Of a stretch of 64,000 nt of DNA, positions 1 through 12,873 are shown in pieces. Position numbers and translations under genes: made by a program. The DNA comes from Eledone cirrhosa (Eukaryota), in contig OZ024750.1 in assembly GCA_964016885.1 (NCBI GenBank), positions 51,708,001-51,772,000 of the forward strand. The letters are read 5' to 3'. The stretch's first letter is position 1; each line of letters begins with the position of its first letter. The notes below the pieces were generated by a model that had not been told where the DNA came from, made no database searches, and saw only the letters and a program-made list of their open reading frames with translations.

Positions 1-582
1 AGTAGTATAAGTGAGGACTTTGTTGGGTAGAAATAGCAGCCAAATTTCCTTCAAATCCCACCTTACTTTCTCTGGTATGTATATATGTATGAAGCAAAAA
101 GGAATGGTTCTATGTGATAATTCGATCTACTAGAAATATTAGCAAAATCCATTTCAAATCACAAACAACTGTCTTACACATACACGTGTGTGTATGTATG
201 TCATGTATGTCATGTGAGCCACTATAACTGTTGGTATAGCTAATAGAAATAGGAAACAAATCTCCCTCAAATAAGATCCTACTGCCATAGAGGCAAAGAT
301 TGGTGAAAGCTGCAGTGTACAAATTTAAATACACTTTCCCCGAATTACAGGAATGAGTAAGTAAATGCTTCATTCAATCATAAACCAATGCTAAATTTAT
401 TTTCTTATTTTATTTATGGATTTTAAAATAGTTTTTACATGTTGTTTGAATTTCAGAAGTTCAGATTGAGCAAAAAAAAAGGAAGAAAGAAAAGGATAAA
501 TAAATAAAATCTAAATGTATTTTTTTGGTCATGCCCTTTTCACTGACAACATACCTAATGATTCATCTATGAGTAAAGCATT

Positions 583-764
583 GATTGGCAGTATCGGTAG
601 AGGGTCGGACGCCATGCTTTCCAGCATAGTTACGTCCCTTTACGATCTGAGTTCAAATCCCGCCGAGGTTGACTTTGCCTTTCATCCTTACGGGGTCGAT
701 AAAATTAAGTACCAGTAATGCACTGGGTTATTGCTGGCCTTGTGCCTAAAGTAGAAACAATTAT
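583..764 (+). mobile_element. tRNA-derived SINE, young family (about 190 bp)
   Basis: Box A-like TGGCAGTATCGG, box B-like GAGTTCAAATCCC, central GCCTTTCATCCTTACGGGGTCGATAAAA domain, ATT-rich tail; near-identical copies at 9415, 25820, 54898. Confidence 0.85.
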
Positions 765-822
765 ATATGGTGACTGTAATAGGGAGCAGTATTGAAAAAA
801 TCACCACTGGAAAAAAATAATA

Positions 823-909
823 GTTTCTACTTTTGGCACAAGGCCAGCAACTTCCCAGTACATTCATCCGTAAGGCTGAAAGGCAAAGTCAACCTCGGCG
901 GGATTTGAA
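823..909 (-). mobile_element. Truncated SINE with ~20 bp target-site duplication
   Basis: Reverse complement of the SINE 3' half; flanked by CACCACTGGAAAAAA(A)TAATA at 802-822 and 910-929. Confidence 0.8.
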
Positions 910-1100
910 CACCACTGGAAAAAAATAATATTTTTATCTAGATGATTTACTTTGACCAAAGGGCAATAATCTGTTATAATTCCTACTTTAGTTAAAATTC
1001 AGCAATCATATTTGAATGGTCAAATATTTTCTAAAGTGTGCCAAATATATTGTAACTTTCATAAAATACCCGGGTATCACCGGGTAGCTCAGCTAATATA

Positions 1101-1148
<48 letters not shown>

Positions 1149-1155
<7 letters not shown>

Positions 1156-1307
1156 GTGAGGTTTTTTTACAAAATGAAAAATAACCGAGGTGTCCTACAC
1201 GAGTGAAAGTATAAAGAAAAAGAGAGGAAATCGAAAATACAACTGGAGTCTTATTTTTTTTTTAAATAAGACTCCAGTTGCATTTCCGATTTCATCTCTT
1301 TTTCTAT
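1149..1307 (-). mobile_element. (TA)n-flanked mini fold-back element (PLE terminal-repeat derived)
   Basis: Imperfect inverted arms ~1214-1257 and ~1263-1307, unpaired tail 1149-1213; same family unfolded at 29900-30088. Confidence 0.65.
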
Positions 1308-1959
1308 ATATATATATATATATATATATACTCTTTTTCAATTATGTATATGTGTATACATATATATAAATCATTTATTTATTTATATATTGTGTTTGTG
1401 TGTGTGTGTGTGTGTGTGCGCGTGTGTGTGTGTGTTATGTAATACAGTTTGATATGGAATCGAAACTGTATTCTCTATTGAACTCATAGGAACGCTTATC
1501 TGCTTCGCCGTTTCTTTGATTTTTGAGGCGGGGGGGGGGGGGGGACTCTCCGTATTGTCTAGTCTCGACAAATGGTATTTTAGTTCTGACAGTCGAAGAG
1601 TTAAGACGAGACAAGGCGAGATTTCTATCTGTAGTATGTCTTGAAGGCACAACTCCTAATTTAGAAATCTACACTCAAAAACTTTGCAAGTCAGCTCAGG
1701 AATGTTAATCTGAGATTCATTACGTGGACGTGTGCATATGTGTGTATGTGTGTGTGTGTGTCTATGTGTGTATGTGTGTATATATGTGTGTGTGTCTGTG
1801 AGAATATATGTGTGTGTCTGTGTGTATATATGTGTGTGTGTCTCTGTACCCGTTTAGGTACTGTGTGAACCGACCGAAGCGTACATCCAGAAATAATTAC
1901 TAACCAACATTCATACACACACATATATATATATATGTATGTATATATATATATATATG

Positions 1960-2025
1960 CGTGTGGCTGTGTGGTTAGAGAATTGGATTCACAATCTTGA
2001 GGTTGTGAGTTCGATTCCTGGACCA
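1960..2025 (+). mobile_element. tRNA-like SINE head of a second family
   Basis: TGGCTGTGTGGTTAG (box A) and GAGTTCGATTCC (box B); no complete cloverleaf. Confidence 0.55.
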
Positions 2026-2151
2026 GTTGCTCCTTCTACCTGGAGTTGCGACCGATAGATAGTACTAGCAATAGGAAAGACCAATGGAAACATTGTTTCC
2101 TCGGTCCGATTTGACGAAAGTCGATCGTTCCTACTATACATATATATATAC

Positions 2152-2184
<33 letters not shown>

Positions 2185-2239
2185 TAAATGAAAATGGCGA
2201 GCTGTGTTGTTGCATATATGATATATATATATATTATTA

Positions 2240-2277
<38 letters not shown>

Positions 2278-2327
2278 TGCATTTATATACGATTATATGT
2301 ACATTAATAAATGTATGTGTGCATATA

Positions 2328-2456
2328 TGCATGTGTGTATAGATAGATTGATATATAGATACCTGTACAAATATGTCTGCTGGGGGTATATAAATATATA
2401 CACACGCTGCTGCATGAATGCAAGTGCAATAATGCATCCAAAGATTGTTGTGAGAG

Positions 2457-2526
<70 letters not shown>

Positions 2527-2658
2527 TATTCTCATAACAATCTTTGGATGCATTATTGCACTTGCATTCATGCAGCAGCGTGTGTATATATTTATATACC
2601 CCCAGCAGACATATTTGTACAGGTATCTATATATCAATCTATCTATACACACATGCAT
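2328..2658. repeat. Inverted duplication (~130 bp arms) around a (TA)n(GA)n spacer
   Basis: 2328-2455 is the reverse complement of 2530-2658 with about one mismatch seen. Confidence 0.9.
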
Positions 2659-2682
2659 ACATGCATACATATATATATATAC

Positions 2683-2764
<82 letters not shown>

Positions 2765-3017
2765 CTAAGTGTGTGTTTCTGCGTCTGCCAGTGTGTGTCT
2801 TTGGCATGTGTGCATGTTTGTATGTGTATAATACATCTGGTTTTATAAACGGTAAAATGGAAATAGAATATTTTGGCAGGAGGTTTGGTACACAACTCTG
2901 GTGCAATGACTTCTCTTGAAATAATTTTATAAAAAATATTATTTCCGTAAAATAATTTCAACTCCAGAATTTTTAGATGTAAAATCATTTTAACATAAAA
3001 TCATCATCCATAATAAT

Positions 3018-3242
3018 CATTGTTTCTACTATTGGCACAAGGTCGGCAATTACCCAGTACATTACTGGTACTTTATTTTATCGACCCCGTAAGGATGAAA
3101 GGCAAAGTCAACCTCGGCTGGATTTGAGACATATAATTGTTTCTACTTTAGGCACAGTTTCTACTTTAGGCACAAGGCCAGCAAATACCCAGTGCATTAC
3201 TGGTACTTTATTTTATCGACCTCGTAAGGATGAAAGGCAAAA
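3018..3242 (-). mobile_element. Two tandem 5'-truncated SINE copies
   Basis: TTGTTTCTAC...GGCACAAGG...CGACCCCGTAAGGATGAAAGGCAAA occurs twice. Confidence 0.8.
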
Positions 3243-3253
3243 ATAATAATGTC

Positions 3254-3289
<36 letters not shown>

Positions 3290-3293
3290 GAGT

Positions 3294-3355
<62 letters not shown>

Positions 3356-3415
3356 CTCTATAGATACACATGTGTGTGTCTATATATATATATATCTGTG
3401 TGCATATATATATAA

Positions 3416-3680
3416 TCTATATATCTAAAACAGAGAATGTCTGTCTGTCCGATCACTAAAACTCGAGAACCACCCAACCGTTTATTTTCAAACTTTACAC
3501 ATGTAATACTTGTGAGCATTCCTGTGAGTGTTTTGAGCTAAAAGAATTTCAAATTTCCAATGCTCTGGGGACTGCATTAGGCGATTTAGCGATCTCTCTC
3601 TTTCTCTCTCTCTTAGTCTTTAGATACATAGATATAACGTTGCGCCCGACTGTCTGCATTCCGACATTATGATGCGGTGG
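3416..3680 (+). mobile_element. Non-autonomous Helitron 5' fragment
   Basis: A|TC start, GTCTGTCTG tract, similarity to 6945-7200. Confidence 0.55.
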
Positions 3681-3701
3681 GTGTGTGTATATGTATATAT
3701 A

Positions 3702-3753
<52 letters not shown>

Positions 3754-4069
3754 TGTGTGTAACGTTTTCGAAATATTTACTTCAGCGTTCATAGATTGAT
3801 TTTTTTTTATTTTAGTTTCAGAAAATCCCGTTAAGGGTGAAAGCAGCGATTCTTTGCTTAAACTTTAATCTGTCATTTTAATATATATATATATATATAT
3901 ATTCGTGTACAGATATTTTTGCATACACAATAACAAAATATAAACGAAAGTATTTATTTCACGATAAAATATTGATTTTCTTCTCATGGATAAAAACTCT
4001 GGTAATCTACGCAATTTTTTTTTAGAAGCACAAAATGTCGAGGTATTCCGTGTATATCTCTTCACAAAT

Positions 4070-4162
4070 AATTGTTTCTACTTTTGGCACAAGGCCAGCA
4101 ATTACCCAGTGTATTACTGGTACTTTATTTTATCGACCCCATAAGGATGAAAGGCAAAGTTA
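4070..4162 (-). mobile_element. Truncated SINE
   Basis: Same SINE 3' half. Confidence 0.8.
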
Positions 4163-4378
4163 ACAAATAATATTGCGAAACGGTTCTATCAAAGACCGTC
4201 TGGGTGATGGTAGTTACCACAATACTGGTTTGTATTTATTTTTCTTAATTTATTCTTAAATTGAGTCTAGCAAACCCTATGGTCTGTAGTTAGTATTTTT
4301 TTCACCTTAGCGATTTTGGGCCATTACGATTTGAACACATATATATATGTCTGTGTTCGTTTTTCCTTTTTGTTCAGT

Positions 4379-4453
<75 letters not shown>

Positions 4454-5649
4454 AAATGGGGGAGAAGAATACTGCTGGTTGCACATGGATAACATGTAAT
4501 AAAATAAGTCCCTCATCAGTGATTTGCCGACGATCATAGATATTTCATTGCATTAAAAATCATATACCTCACGTCGGTGCAATAACAACTAAATTAAGTT
4601 ATTAGGACAATTAAAACGCGTAAAGCGAGTGAAACAAGATAACAACAACGAGGATAGCTAACCGTAGAAGGAAGGGAACAAGCTTCATAGTTATTCTGTT
4701 AGCATGAGCTAGGTGAATATATGAGCGCTTAGAAAAAAGACCTTTCAGGAGCGAATTCAAATGTGAGAAAGAGAGAAAATGATTTCGTCGCGAACGGGGG
4801 GAAGTGAGAAGAGGATAAACAGTGAGTGAGTGAGTGGAATGTGAGGAAGACTTAACTGACATGACAGGGGGGGGGGGGGCGAAAGAAAGTAGGAGAAACA
4901 AAAAACGAAAAATCAGTGATGCATCTGGACTCAGTTTATTGCGTGTTACAATTGTTTCGCCGGCAGGTAGCTCGAGACATGATCACTGTATGGATCTTGC
5001 TGATTCTACGGCTGCAGGTTCCTTCGGACACGGGCAGTTCGTTCGGAGCAAATTTTCTCACTGAGAAAATTTGCTCCGAATTTGCTCCGAACCCCCTATT
5101 TTCTTCCTCGTCTGCTTTTCCCCTTTCGCCTACCCCGATGCAGCCCATCGGGCCTCTGTAGCATCAGTTCCCCCACCCCTGTAATTTTTAAGATAGAATT
5201 GGCCGAATACGTTTTACTAACTACTTATAGCAGACGTGTTAGACCCCTTTAATTTTTGTATCAGTTTGGGTACTACTCAATTTCTACAAGTTTTTTCTAT
5301 TCTCAACTTAACCTGTAATTGTAAGATAGCAGTGTCATTTTTTTTTTATTCATTTCTCACTATCTAATTTTATATATATATTTTTTTCTTTCTATTATCT
5401 TTTATTGCCTCCTACTCTCATTCTATTTACCTATTCTATAACCTCCCTCCTCCACTTCATACACTATCCTTAGAATCTGCTGTATACATATCACTTTCAA
5501 AGCTTGACCGCTCCACTCACTCCCCTATTGTTCTACAGGCAAGTTCAGCCACCCCTACCTCCCACCAAATGTCACGATAGACTTATTTGAGTTTACAACA
5601 AATTATAACCAATCCTCTTGACAACTACAATCTTCCCATATAAGGAAGT

Positions 5650-5746
5650 ACCCCCTTGACAAGTTCGGCTATTTATTCATCAGACTAAAAATTCTAATTT
5701 AGTCCAGAAATAGCCGTCGAAATGGCTTGAGCTCTGCCGTCGGGGT
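5650..5746 (+). ncRNA. Decayed type I hammerhead ribozyme (family D)
   Basis: Stem I ACCCC/GGGGT; core decayed to TTGACAA; stem II CGGCTATTT/AAATAGCCG plus GACTAAA/TTTAGTC; GAAA; stem III TGGC/GCCG; GTC site. Followed by a tail shared with 12680-12820 and 31296-31400. Confidence 0.6.
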
Positions 5747-5843
5747 CATACTTTTTCCTATTTCCCAATCTACTAGCCTAAGTATTGAGTACTCTGGTGC
5801 GTTATAGTCCATCTGGTTCCTTACCACATTTCCTTTGTTATAT

Positions 5844-5874
<31 letters not shown>

Positions 5875-5875
5875 A

Positions 5876-6036
<161 letters not shown>

Positions 6037-6944
6037 AATATATATATATAAATATATATATATATTTCTCATTATTTCTGAAGACAGCATATATATGTGT
6101 AGGTATGTATATTCCCTCTGATAGTTTGTAAAAATGTTAATAGATCTATATGATATACATACCAACACACACATATATATCCTAGAAACGATCGTAAAAT
6201 GATGAATTTTTTTAATATAAGGAACTGTTTCTTTATTTGTATTCATTATTTTTATTAATTTATATATATATATATATATATATAATTATATATTCGTGTA
6301 CAGATATTTTTGCATACACAATAACAAAGTATAAACAAACGTATTTATTTCACGAGGCTCGATAAGGATAAATATATATGAATTATATAAGAACCCTAGA
6401 GCAAATCCCGAGCAACGCCGGGCCATTCTGCTAATCTGTCATTCTTTAAAATATACATACGCAGTCAGGCGCACAAATCATTTTCCTACAGTAAGAGGAT
6501 GTTACAATAGCCAGGTCCTGGGTTCTAACCCTAGATTTGTCGCTGTAAACAGTTATTTCTCCAAAGTTACTCCCCTATGTCATGTCTGGAAGTATTTATG
6601 TAATTATATCCATTAAATTGTCATTCTTATCTTTAATTACTCACCTCTTATGAAACATAACCTCGTGGGGTTTTCTTATGCAACTAGTGATTGTTCTTAT
6701 ATCAGGTAATGCTGGTATATATGGTATATCCTTGACCTACAATGTAATATGTTCCACACTAGTGCAACCATTGTTGACGGCACGGTTTTACTAGTATGTA
6801 TATAATATATATATATGTGCGTGTATATAATACCTCAGAGAAAATGTGTTTATTTGTATATAGTATATATGTATATATATGTGTGTGTGTGTATATATAA
6901 TACCTCAGAGAAAATGTGTTTATTTTTCTATATGTACTGTATAT

Positions 6945-7461
6945 AGTATATATATAAAACTGAGGATGTCTGTCTGTGTGTGTGTGTGAGTTTGAATCCC
7001 TAAAACTAGAGAAACACCCAAGCGACTGTTTTCAAATTTTACACATGTAATACTTATGTTTCAGGGAGTGTTCTGAGCAAAAGAAATGTCAAATTTTCAA
7101 TGTCCTAGGGACTGCATTAAGCGATTTGGCGATCTCGCTCTATAATTCTTAGTCTTTCTCTTTTTAGATAGATACATACATATAACGTCGCGCCCTTATA
7201 ATATCTGTCTGTATGTCTGGGTGTCTGCTGCCTCCGGTTATTCTGCCACCCTTGCTCAAGACAAATCTCACACTCATTCCCCAAACAGTTGGTAAGTGCA
7301 CACAACTTCTTCCTCACGTTTTAAGACACAGTGTTGCTTACTTACGTACCACCAGACCCTTACTTCTTTGCCAGCCGTGGTTGTGACAATACTAAGCTTA
7401 GCTAAGGCAGTTAAATATTTAACAATACATTATCCCGTGCAACGCCGGGTACCACTGCTAG
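6945..7461 (+). mobile_element. Non-autonomous Helitron
   Basis: TATATAAAA...GTCTGTCTG 5' region; 3' hairpin CCCGTGCAACGCCGGG followed by CTAG|T at 7458-7462. Confidence 0.75.
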
Positions 7462-7516
<55 letters not shown>

Positions 7517-7834
7517 TGTGTGTGTATATAATACCTCAGAGAAAATGTGTTTATTATTCTATATGTATATAGTATATATATATATATATGTATATAAGTG
7601 TGTGGATATAATACCTCAGAGAGAATGTGTTTATTTGTCTCTTTCCATGTATAAATATATATATGTGTGTGTGTGTGTATGTGTGTATGTGTGTGTGTGC
7701 CTGTGTGTGTGTAATACCTCAGAGAGATTATATATATATGTATATAATGCCACAAACAAATATCTTCTGTGATGAAATTCGATATTTGAATTGATAAAGT
7801 ACTGGGAAGGAAACTGTATACTCTAGAGTATATG

Positions 7835-8103
7835 GCGGTGGTTGTGTTGTGGTGGTGGTGGCTGTGGCGGTGGTGGTGGTGGTGGTGATGTTAGTGGAGG
7901 TGGTGGTGGTGGTGGTGGTGGTGGTGGTGGTGGTGGTGGTGGTGAGGATAAGGATTACGGCGATGATGGTGATGTTGATGGTGATGATTATGACGAGGAG
8001 GAAGCAGATAACGACGACAAGGGCGACACTGATTTATGATGCTAACGATGCTGCTGCTGATGATGATGATGATGGTCATGATGATTATGATTATGACGAT
8101 TGA
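7835..8103. repeat. (GGT)n/(GAT)n degenerate trinucleotide tract
   Basis: Direct reading. Confidence 0.9.
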
Positions 8104-8191
8104 TCCGGTTTTCCTTTTCCGACACACAACAGCAACACGTTTTCATTGGTTGACTATGCATATGGAGCAAGGCAGCCAGGTGGCACAGTAT

Positions 8192-8312
8192 AATAATTTC
8201 TACTTTTGGCACAAGGCCAGCAATCATACCAGTGTATTACTGGTACTATATTTTATCGACCCCGTAAGGATGAAAGGCAAAGTTAACCTCAGCGGGATTT
8301 GAACTCAGGCTG
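8192..8312 (-). mobile_element. Truncated SINE
   Basis: Same SINE family. Confidence 0.8.
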
Positions 8313-9169
8313 TAAAAGGACGTACAGTATAATGAAGAGTGAAATGTTCGCCACATTCAACCTGAAAGGTGATTTAGCATGGGGCCGTTTTCGGCGAGTG
8401 TAAGTATGTGTGTTTCCCTGTGCGGCCATCAATGTATAAACATGTATAAAAAGGGAAAATCTCATTTTGGACATGCAAATAAAATGAACTCGCCCCCGCA
8501 TATTTCGTCTTGCGATTTATTTAATTAAATAGAACGATGTTTATTCGCTATAAAATAGTGACTCCCAATTTTGATTATGCAAAAATAGGATATGGACCAC
8601 TAATAAGGAGAGGCACATTCAATGAGATACGAACTCGTTCTAATTTTCCAATAAAAGAGTTTGTTTTTCTTTCGACTCTTGGATAATCATAGCGTCTGTT
8701 CTTGGAGCACATAACGTATTACATATGATTGAATGTCGAAATTTCTTTTGTGACGGGAGAACGATACGAGTTTGTAACGACATATTTTATTTTACCATTT
8801 GCTTTAATATTAATAACAATATTTATATTTGCCGAAGCCAGAAATTCCTATTTATTATAATAGATATCGTAGAAAAGCTTCAGCAATTGATGAGTCGAAG
8901 CATCCAGGCACATCACATAAAAAGTAGGCTTGCAAAGGAAGATTTTTATGGTGAATTTACTAACCATAGGAAACCTGAAGACAATTGAACGTAGATTGAA
9001 AGTAGATTGAAAGATTGTGTCAAACCTTACTTGAGACAAGAATTGTAACTGGGAAGACAGGATTGGCAGTAAATCGTCTGCTTAAATTCATTTTATTTAC
9101 CCGAATAGTAATGGAATATTCTTGTAACCGAATATATCGAACGACTTTCTATTAGTATTGTTGGTCAAA

Positions 9170-9860
9170 CCTAGTGAATTGGTAGCATCAGTAGAACATC
9201 GGACAACATGCTTTGTGGTGTATAGTTAGGTCCATTTACCTTCCGAGTTCAAATCTCGTCGAGGTTAGCCTTTCCTTTTATGCTTACGGGGTCTATAAAA
9301 TAAAGCACCAGTAATGTACTGGGATTGATTGATTTAATTGATTTTGACTTGCCCACAAAATTGCTGGCTTTGTGCCTAAAATAGAAAGCATTATTTTTAT
9401 TATTATTATTATAAGGGCGGTGGATTGGCAGTATCGGTAGAGGGTCGGACGCCATGCTTTCCAGCATAGTTACGTCCCTTTACGATCTGAGTTCAAATCC
9501 CGCCGAGGTTGACTTTGCCTTTGGTCCTTACGAGGTCGATAAAATAAAGTACCAGTAATGCACTGGGTATTTGCTGGCCTTGTGCCTAAAGTAAAATCAA
9601 TTATTTTTATTATTATTATTTTTTTTTGTCCAGCGCAGTGGATTAGCAGAATTGTTAGTGCAGCAGATAAAATGCCTAGCAGGATTTCATTGCAACTTTC
9701 TTCGTCCTAGTTTCAAATCCGATCAAGGTCAAATTTTTTCCTTTCACCCTCCTAGGGTCGAAAAGTAAAATGTCAGTAAAGTACTGGGTTGATATAACCC
9801 ACTTTCCCCTCTTCCGCATAAAAACTGTTGTCATTGTGCCTAAATTAGGAACCCTTATTT
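9170..9860 (+). mobile_element. Cluster of three head-to-tail SINEs (diverged ~9170-9395, young 9415-9605, diverged ~9632-9860)
   Basis: Three box A/box B heads, each followed by the central domain and an ATT-rich tail. Confidence 0.8.
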
Positions 9861-10330
9861 TAGTTTCAGTATATCTTGCACTTCAGACAAAGACCATGAT
9901 GGAGCACCGATTCCATTTTGTCGATCATGTCGACCATATTATTAATTTTTCAAGTCTGGCATTTTTGTACTTACCTTTTTCGATCACTTGTTTGTCGAGC
10001 CGTTAAGCTACGAGACATAAACACAAACATAAACATAGATATGAACATACACACATACACACACACACACACAACATTTATCTATTTATCTGAAGCTGGG
10101 GCTTTCTTTCATCGTTACTCAGAGCTTTGTATGTAACTCTTATCAAATGTTTGATAAGAGTTAGACACAAATATCTGAGTAACGAACAAAAGTGAAAGGA
10201 AATGTCAGCTTGTAATATAAACCCGACTCCATGTAATGAGGGATTTTAGTCTTTTATATAAATATGTGTGTGTGTGTGTGTGTATTCACGGAAACAACAA
10301 ACAAAGGTACAAAAAATCTTTATATATATA

Positions 10331-10445
10331 TATGTGTAAGTAGTTGACAGCCGAGAGAAAAGAGTTCTCAAAACAAAAACAGAGTTTAAATATTTGTTTT
10401 ATTAAACCTGAAGAGCGAGTCTTGTTACTCTGGAGTTTCACCTGT

Positions 10446-10539
<94 letters not shown>

Positions 10540-10683
10540 GCTTTCACCGTATTTTTGACTAAAGGAATTTTATCTGAGGGTTCTAAACCCCATTATCAGG
10601 CTAACATTCCTTTAGTCAAAAATACGGTGAAAGCTATTCTATTTTCTAATTTCAAACCTGCTCACTGTTTCAAAACATATTAA

Positions 10684-10767
<84 letters not shown>

Positions 10768-10948
10768 TATATTACCGCCAATACTGGAATTGAAATATCA
10801 AGACCGTAGAGGTATGTCATATATCAAATCATATATTTTATCTGACGAGGATGTACAGAAAAAAAAACAACACAGTACCTTCGAAATATATATAATAAAG
10901 CATATATTTTGATTATGTGAATATCTTCATTTGTTAATATTTTGAATA

Positions 10949-10987
<39 letters not shown>

Positions 10988-11130
10988 GTATGTTTTGAAA
11001 CAGTGAGCAGGTTTGAAATTAGAAAATAGAATAGCTTTCACCGTATTTTTGACTAAAGGAATTTTAGCCTGATAATGGGGTTTAGAACCCTCAGATAAAA
11101 TTCCTTTAGTAAAAAATACGGTGAAAGCTA

Positions 11131-11170
<40 letters not shown>

Positions 11171-11286
11171 AGCAGGTGAAACTCCAGAGTAACAAGACTC
11201 GCTCTTAAGGTTTAATAAAACAAATATTTTAACTCTGTTTTTGTTTTGAGAACTCTTTTCTCTCGGCTGTCAACTACTTACACATA
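10331..11286. repeat. Composite inverted duplication A-(TA)n-B-(TA)n-C-(TA)n-B'-(TA)n-A'
   Basis: 10331-10452 mirrors 11163-11286; 10537-10684 mirrors 10982-11130; a few substitutions between arms. Confidence 0.9.
10836..10900 (+). ncRNA. Minimal type I hammerhead ribozyme (family B)
   Basis: TTTTAT-CTGACGA-GGATGTAC...GTACCTTC-GAAA-TATATA-TA^-ATAAAG; palindromic stem III. Confidence 0.75.
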
Positions 11287-11297
11287 TATATATATAC

Positions 11298-11402
<105 letters not shown>

Positions 11403-11577
11403 CATATATATATGGGGAGAAATATCTATATACAGGGACAATTGTTAGGCAAAAATTGAAGACTTTCATTGAAAATCGAATTATAGCAACTATAAGACAG
11501 AGATAGAAGATGCATTGTATTTATATTTTTTATGACTGTGTGAGTAAATTTTAAATACTTACAGAGAATATATATAT

Positions 11578-11762
11578 ATGAAGGATTCGGGACCCCGACG
11601 GCTGAGCTCCTGCCGTTTCAATAGTTCGGATCTAGCTGAAACGTCACGAGCTTAGCAGTAGTGGTCCCGAATCCTTCATATTACCCACTCTACTACCCCA
11701 ACTATCGAGTACTCTGATGAGTAAGGGTCTAACTGTTTTTTACTGCTTCCATTCCGATTTAT
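11578..11762 (+). mobile_element. Mini fold-back element related to family D, pivot just 5' of the hammerhead GAAA
   Basis: Arms ~11578-11621 and ~11637-11680 (diverged), tail to ~11762, TA-rich flanks. Confidence 0.7.
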
Positions 11763-12047
11763 ATATACATATATTTAAAAATAACAGATTAAAGATCATG
11801 TTAAGGGTGAAAGCAGCGATTCTTTGCTTAAATTTTAATTTGTTATTTTAATAAATATTTGCTCTAGGGTTCTTATATATTTGATATATATATCCTTATC
11901 GAACCCTCTTTGGATTTTAGTCTTCAAATTTATTATTATTACTCTATATATATATATGAGAACCTTATAGGCACCCGTTTTACGTGTGTTGTGTTGAGGA
12001 AAATAACTAAGTGTATACTCTGGTAATGTATATATATATATATATAT

Positions 12048-12200
12048 ATAATAAGGGTTGACGGACCCAGCATATTTATCAATGCCAGTACCGGTTGTAT
12101 CTCAGCGCACTCAATGGGCATTGTAAGATACATTGCCCATTGAGTGCGCTGAGATACAACCGGTACTGGCATTGATAAATATGCTGGGTCCGCCAACCCT

Positions 12201-12207
<7 letters not shown>
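12048..12207. repeat. (TA)n-flanked hairpin, ~78 bp arms
   Basis: ATAAGGGTTGACGGACCCAGC...GGGCA mirrors TGCCC...GCTGGGTCCGCCAACCCTTAT. Confidence 0.9.
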
Positions 12208-12246
<39 letters not shown>

Positions 12247-12249
<3 letters not shown>

Positions 12250-12579
12250 AGAATTGGCGCTCTGAAATAGTGATATATATATGAATGTATATATAGTGTA
12301 TTCTGCAATACACTGTATGCTTAATTAAAAGCATTTTGAAGATCTTACGCTATTATTTTAAAGTAGTGACAATGTCACTTACTTCAATTTTCAGCAAACA
12401 GGGGAAATAAGCTGACAGACCTCTGTTTCCTACTTGTTGGTACTTATCAAAGCTCACCACTCCCTGCATGCTGAAAATTGAAGTAAGTGACATTGTCACA
12501 ACTTTAAAACAATAGCGTAAGGTCTTCAAAACGCTTTTAATTGACCATATAATCTATTGCAAAATACAGTATATATACA

Positions 12580-12590
<11 letters not shown>
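12247..12590 (-). mobile_element. Mini fold-back element family E, with variant-core hammerhead at 12409-12455 (-)
   Basis: Arms ~12273-12397 and ~12468-12590, tail 12247-12272; minus strand GAGCT-TTGATAA-GTAC..GTAG-GAAA-CAGAGGTCTG-TC^-AGCTT. Confidence 0.75.
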
Positions 12591-12620
<30 letters not shown>

Positions 12621-12623
<3 letters not shown>

Positions 12624-12817
12624 AACGAGTAGGACCCCGACGGCTGAGCTCAAGCCGTTTCGACGGCTAATTCTGGACTGGGTCCAGAATTAGCCGTCGA
12701 AACGGGTTGAGCTCAGCCGTCGGGGTCCTACTCGTTCCTATTACCCACTCTACTACCCTAAGTATTGAGTACTTTGGTGCGTTATGGTCCACCTGGTTCC
12801 TTACCACATTTCCTCCG

Positions 12818-12820
<3 letters not shown>
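12621..12820 (+). mobile_element. Mini fold-back element family D, pivot inside hammerhead stem II
   Basis: Arms ~12620-12678 and ~12682-12740; the right arm carries GAAACGG...GCCGTC^GGGGTC; ~80 nt tail; (TA)n on both sides. Confidence 0.8.

Positions 12821-12873
<53 letters not shown>

Noticed and set aside
583-670. tRNA gene
   Set aside because: Has A and B boxes but continues into a SINE body found many times; no acceptor stem
8500-9170. Possible coding remnant (short ORFs on both strands)
   Set aside because: No motif I can recognise
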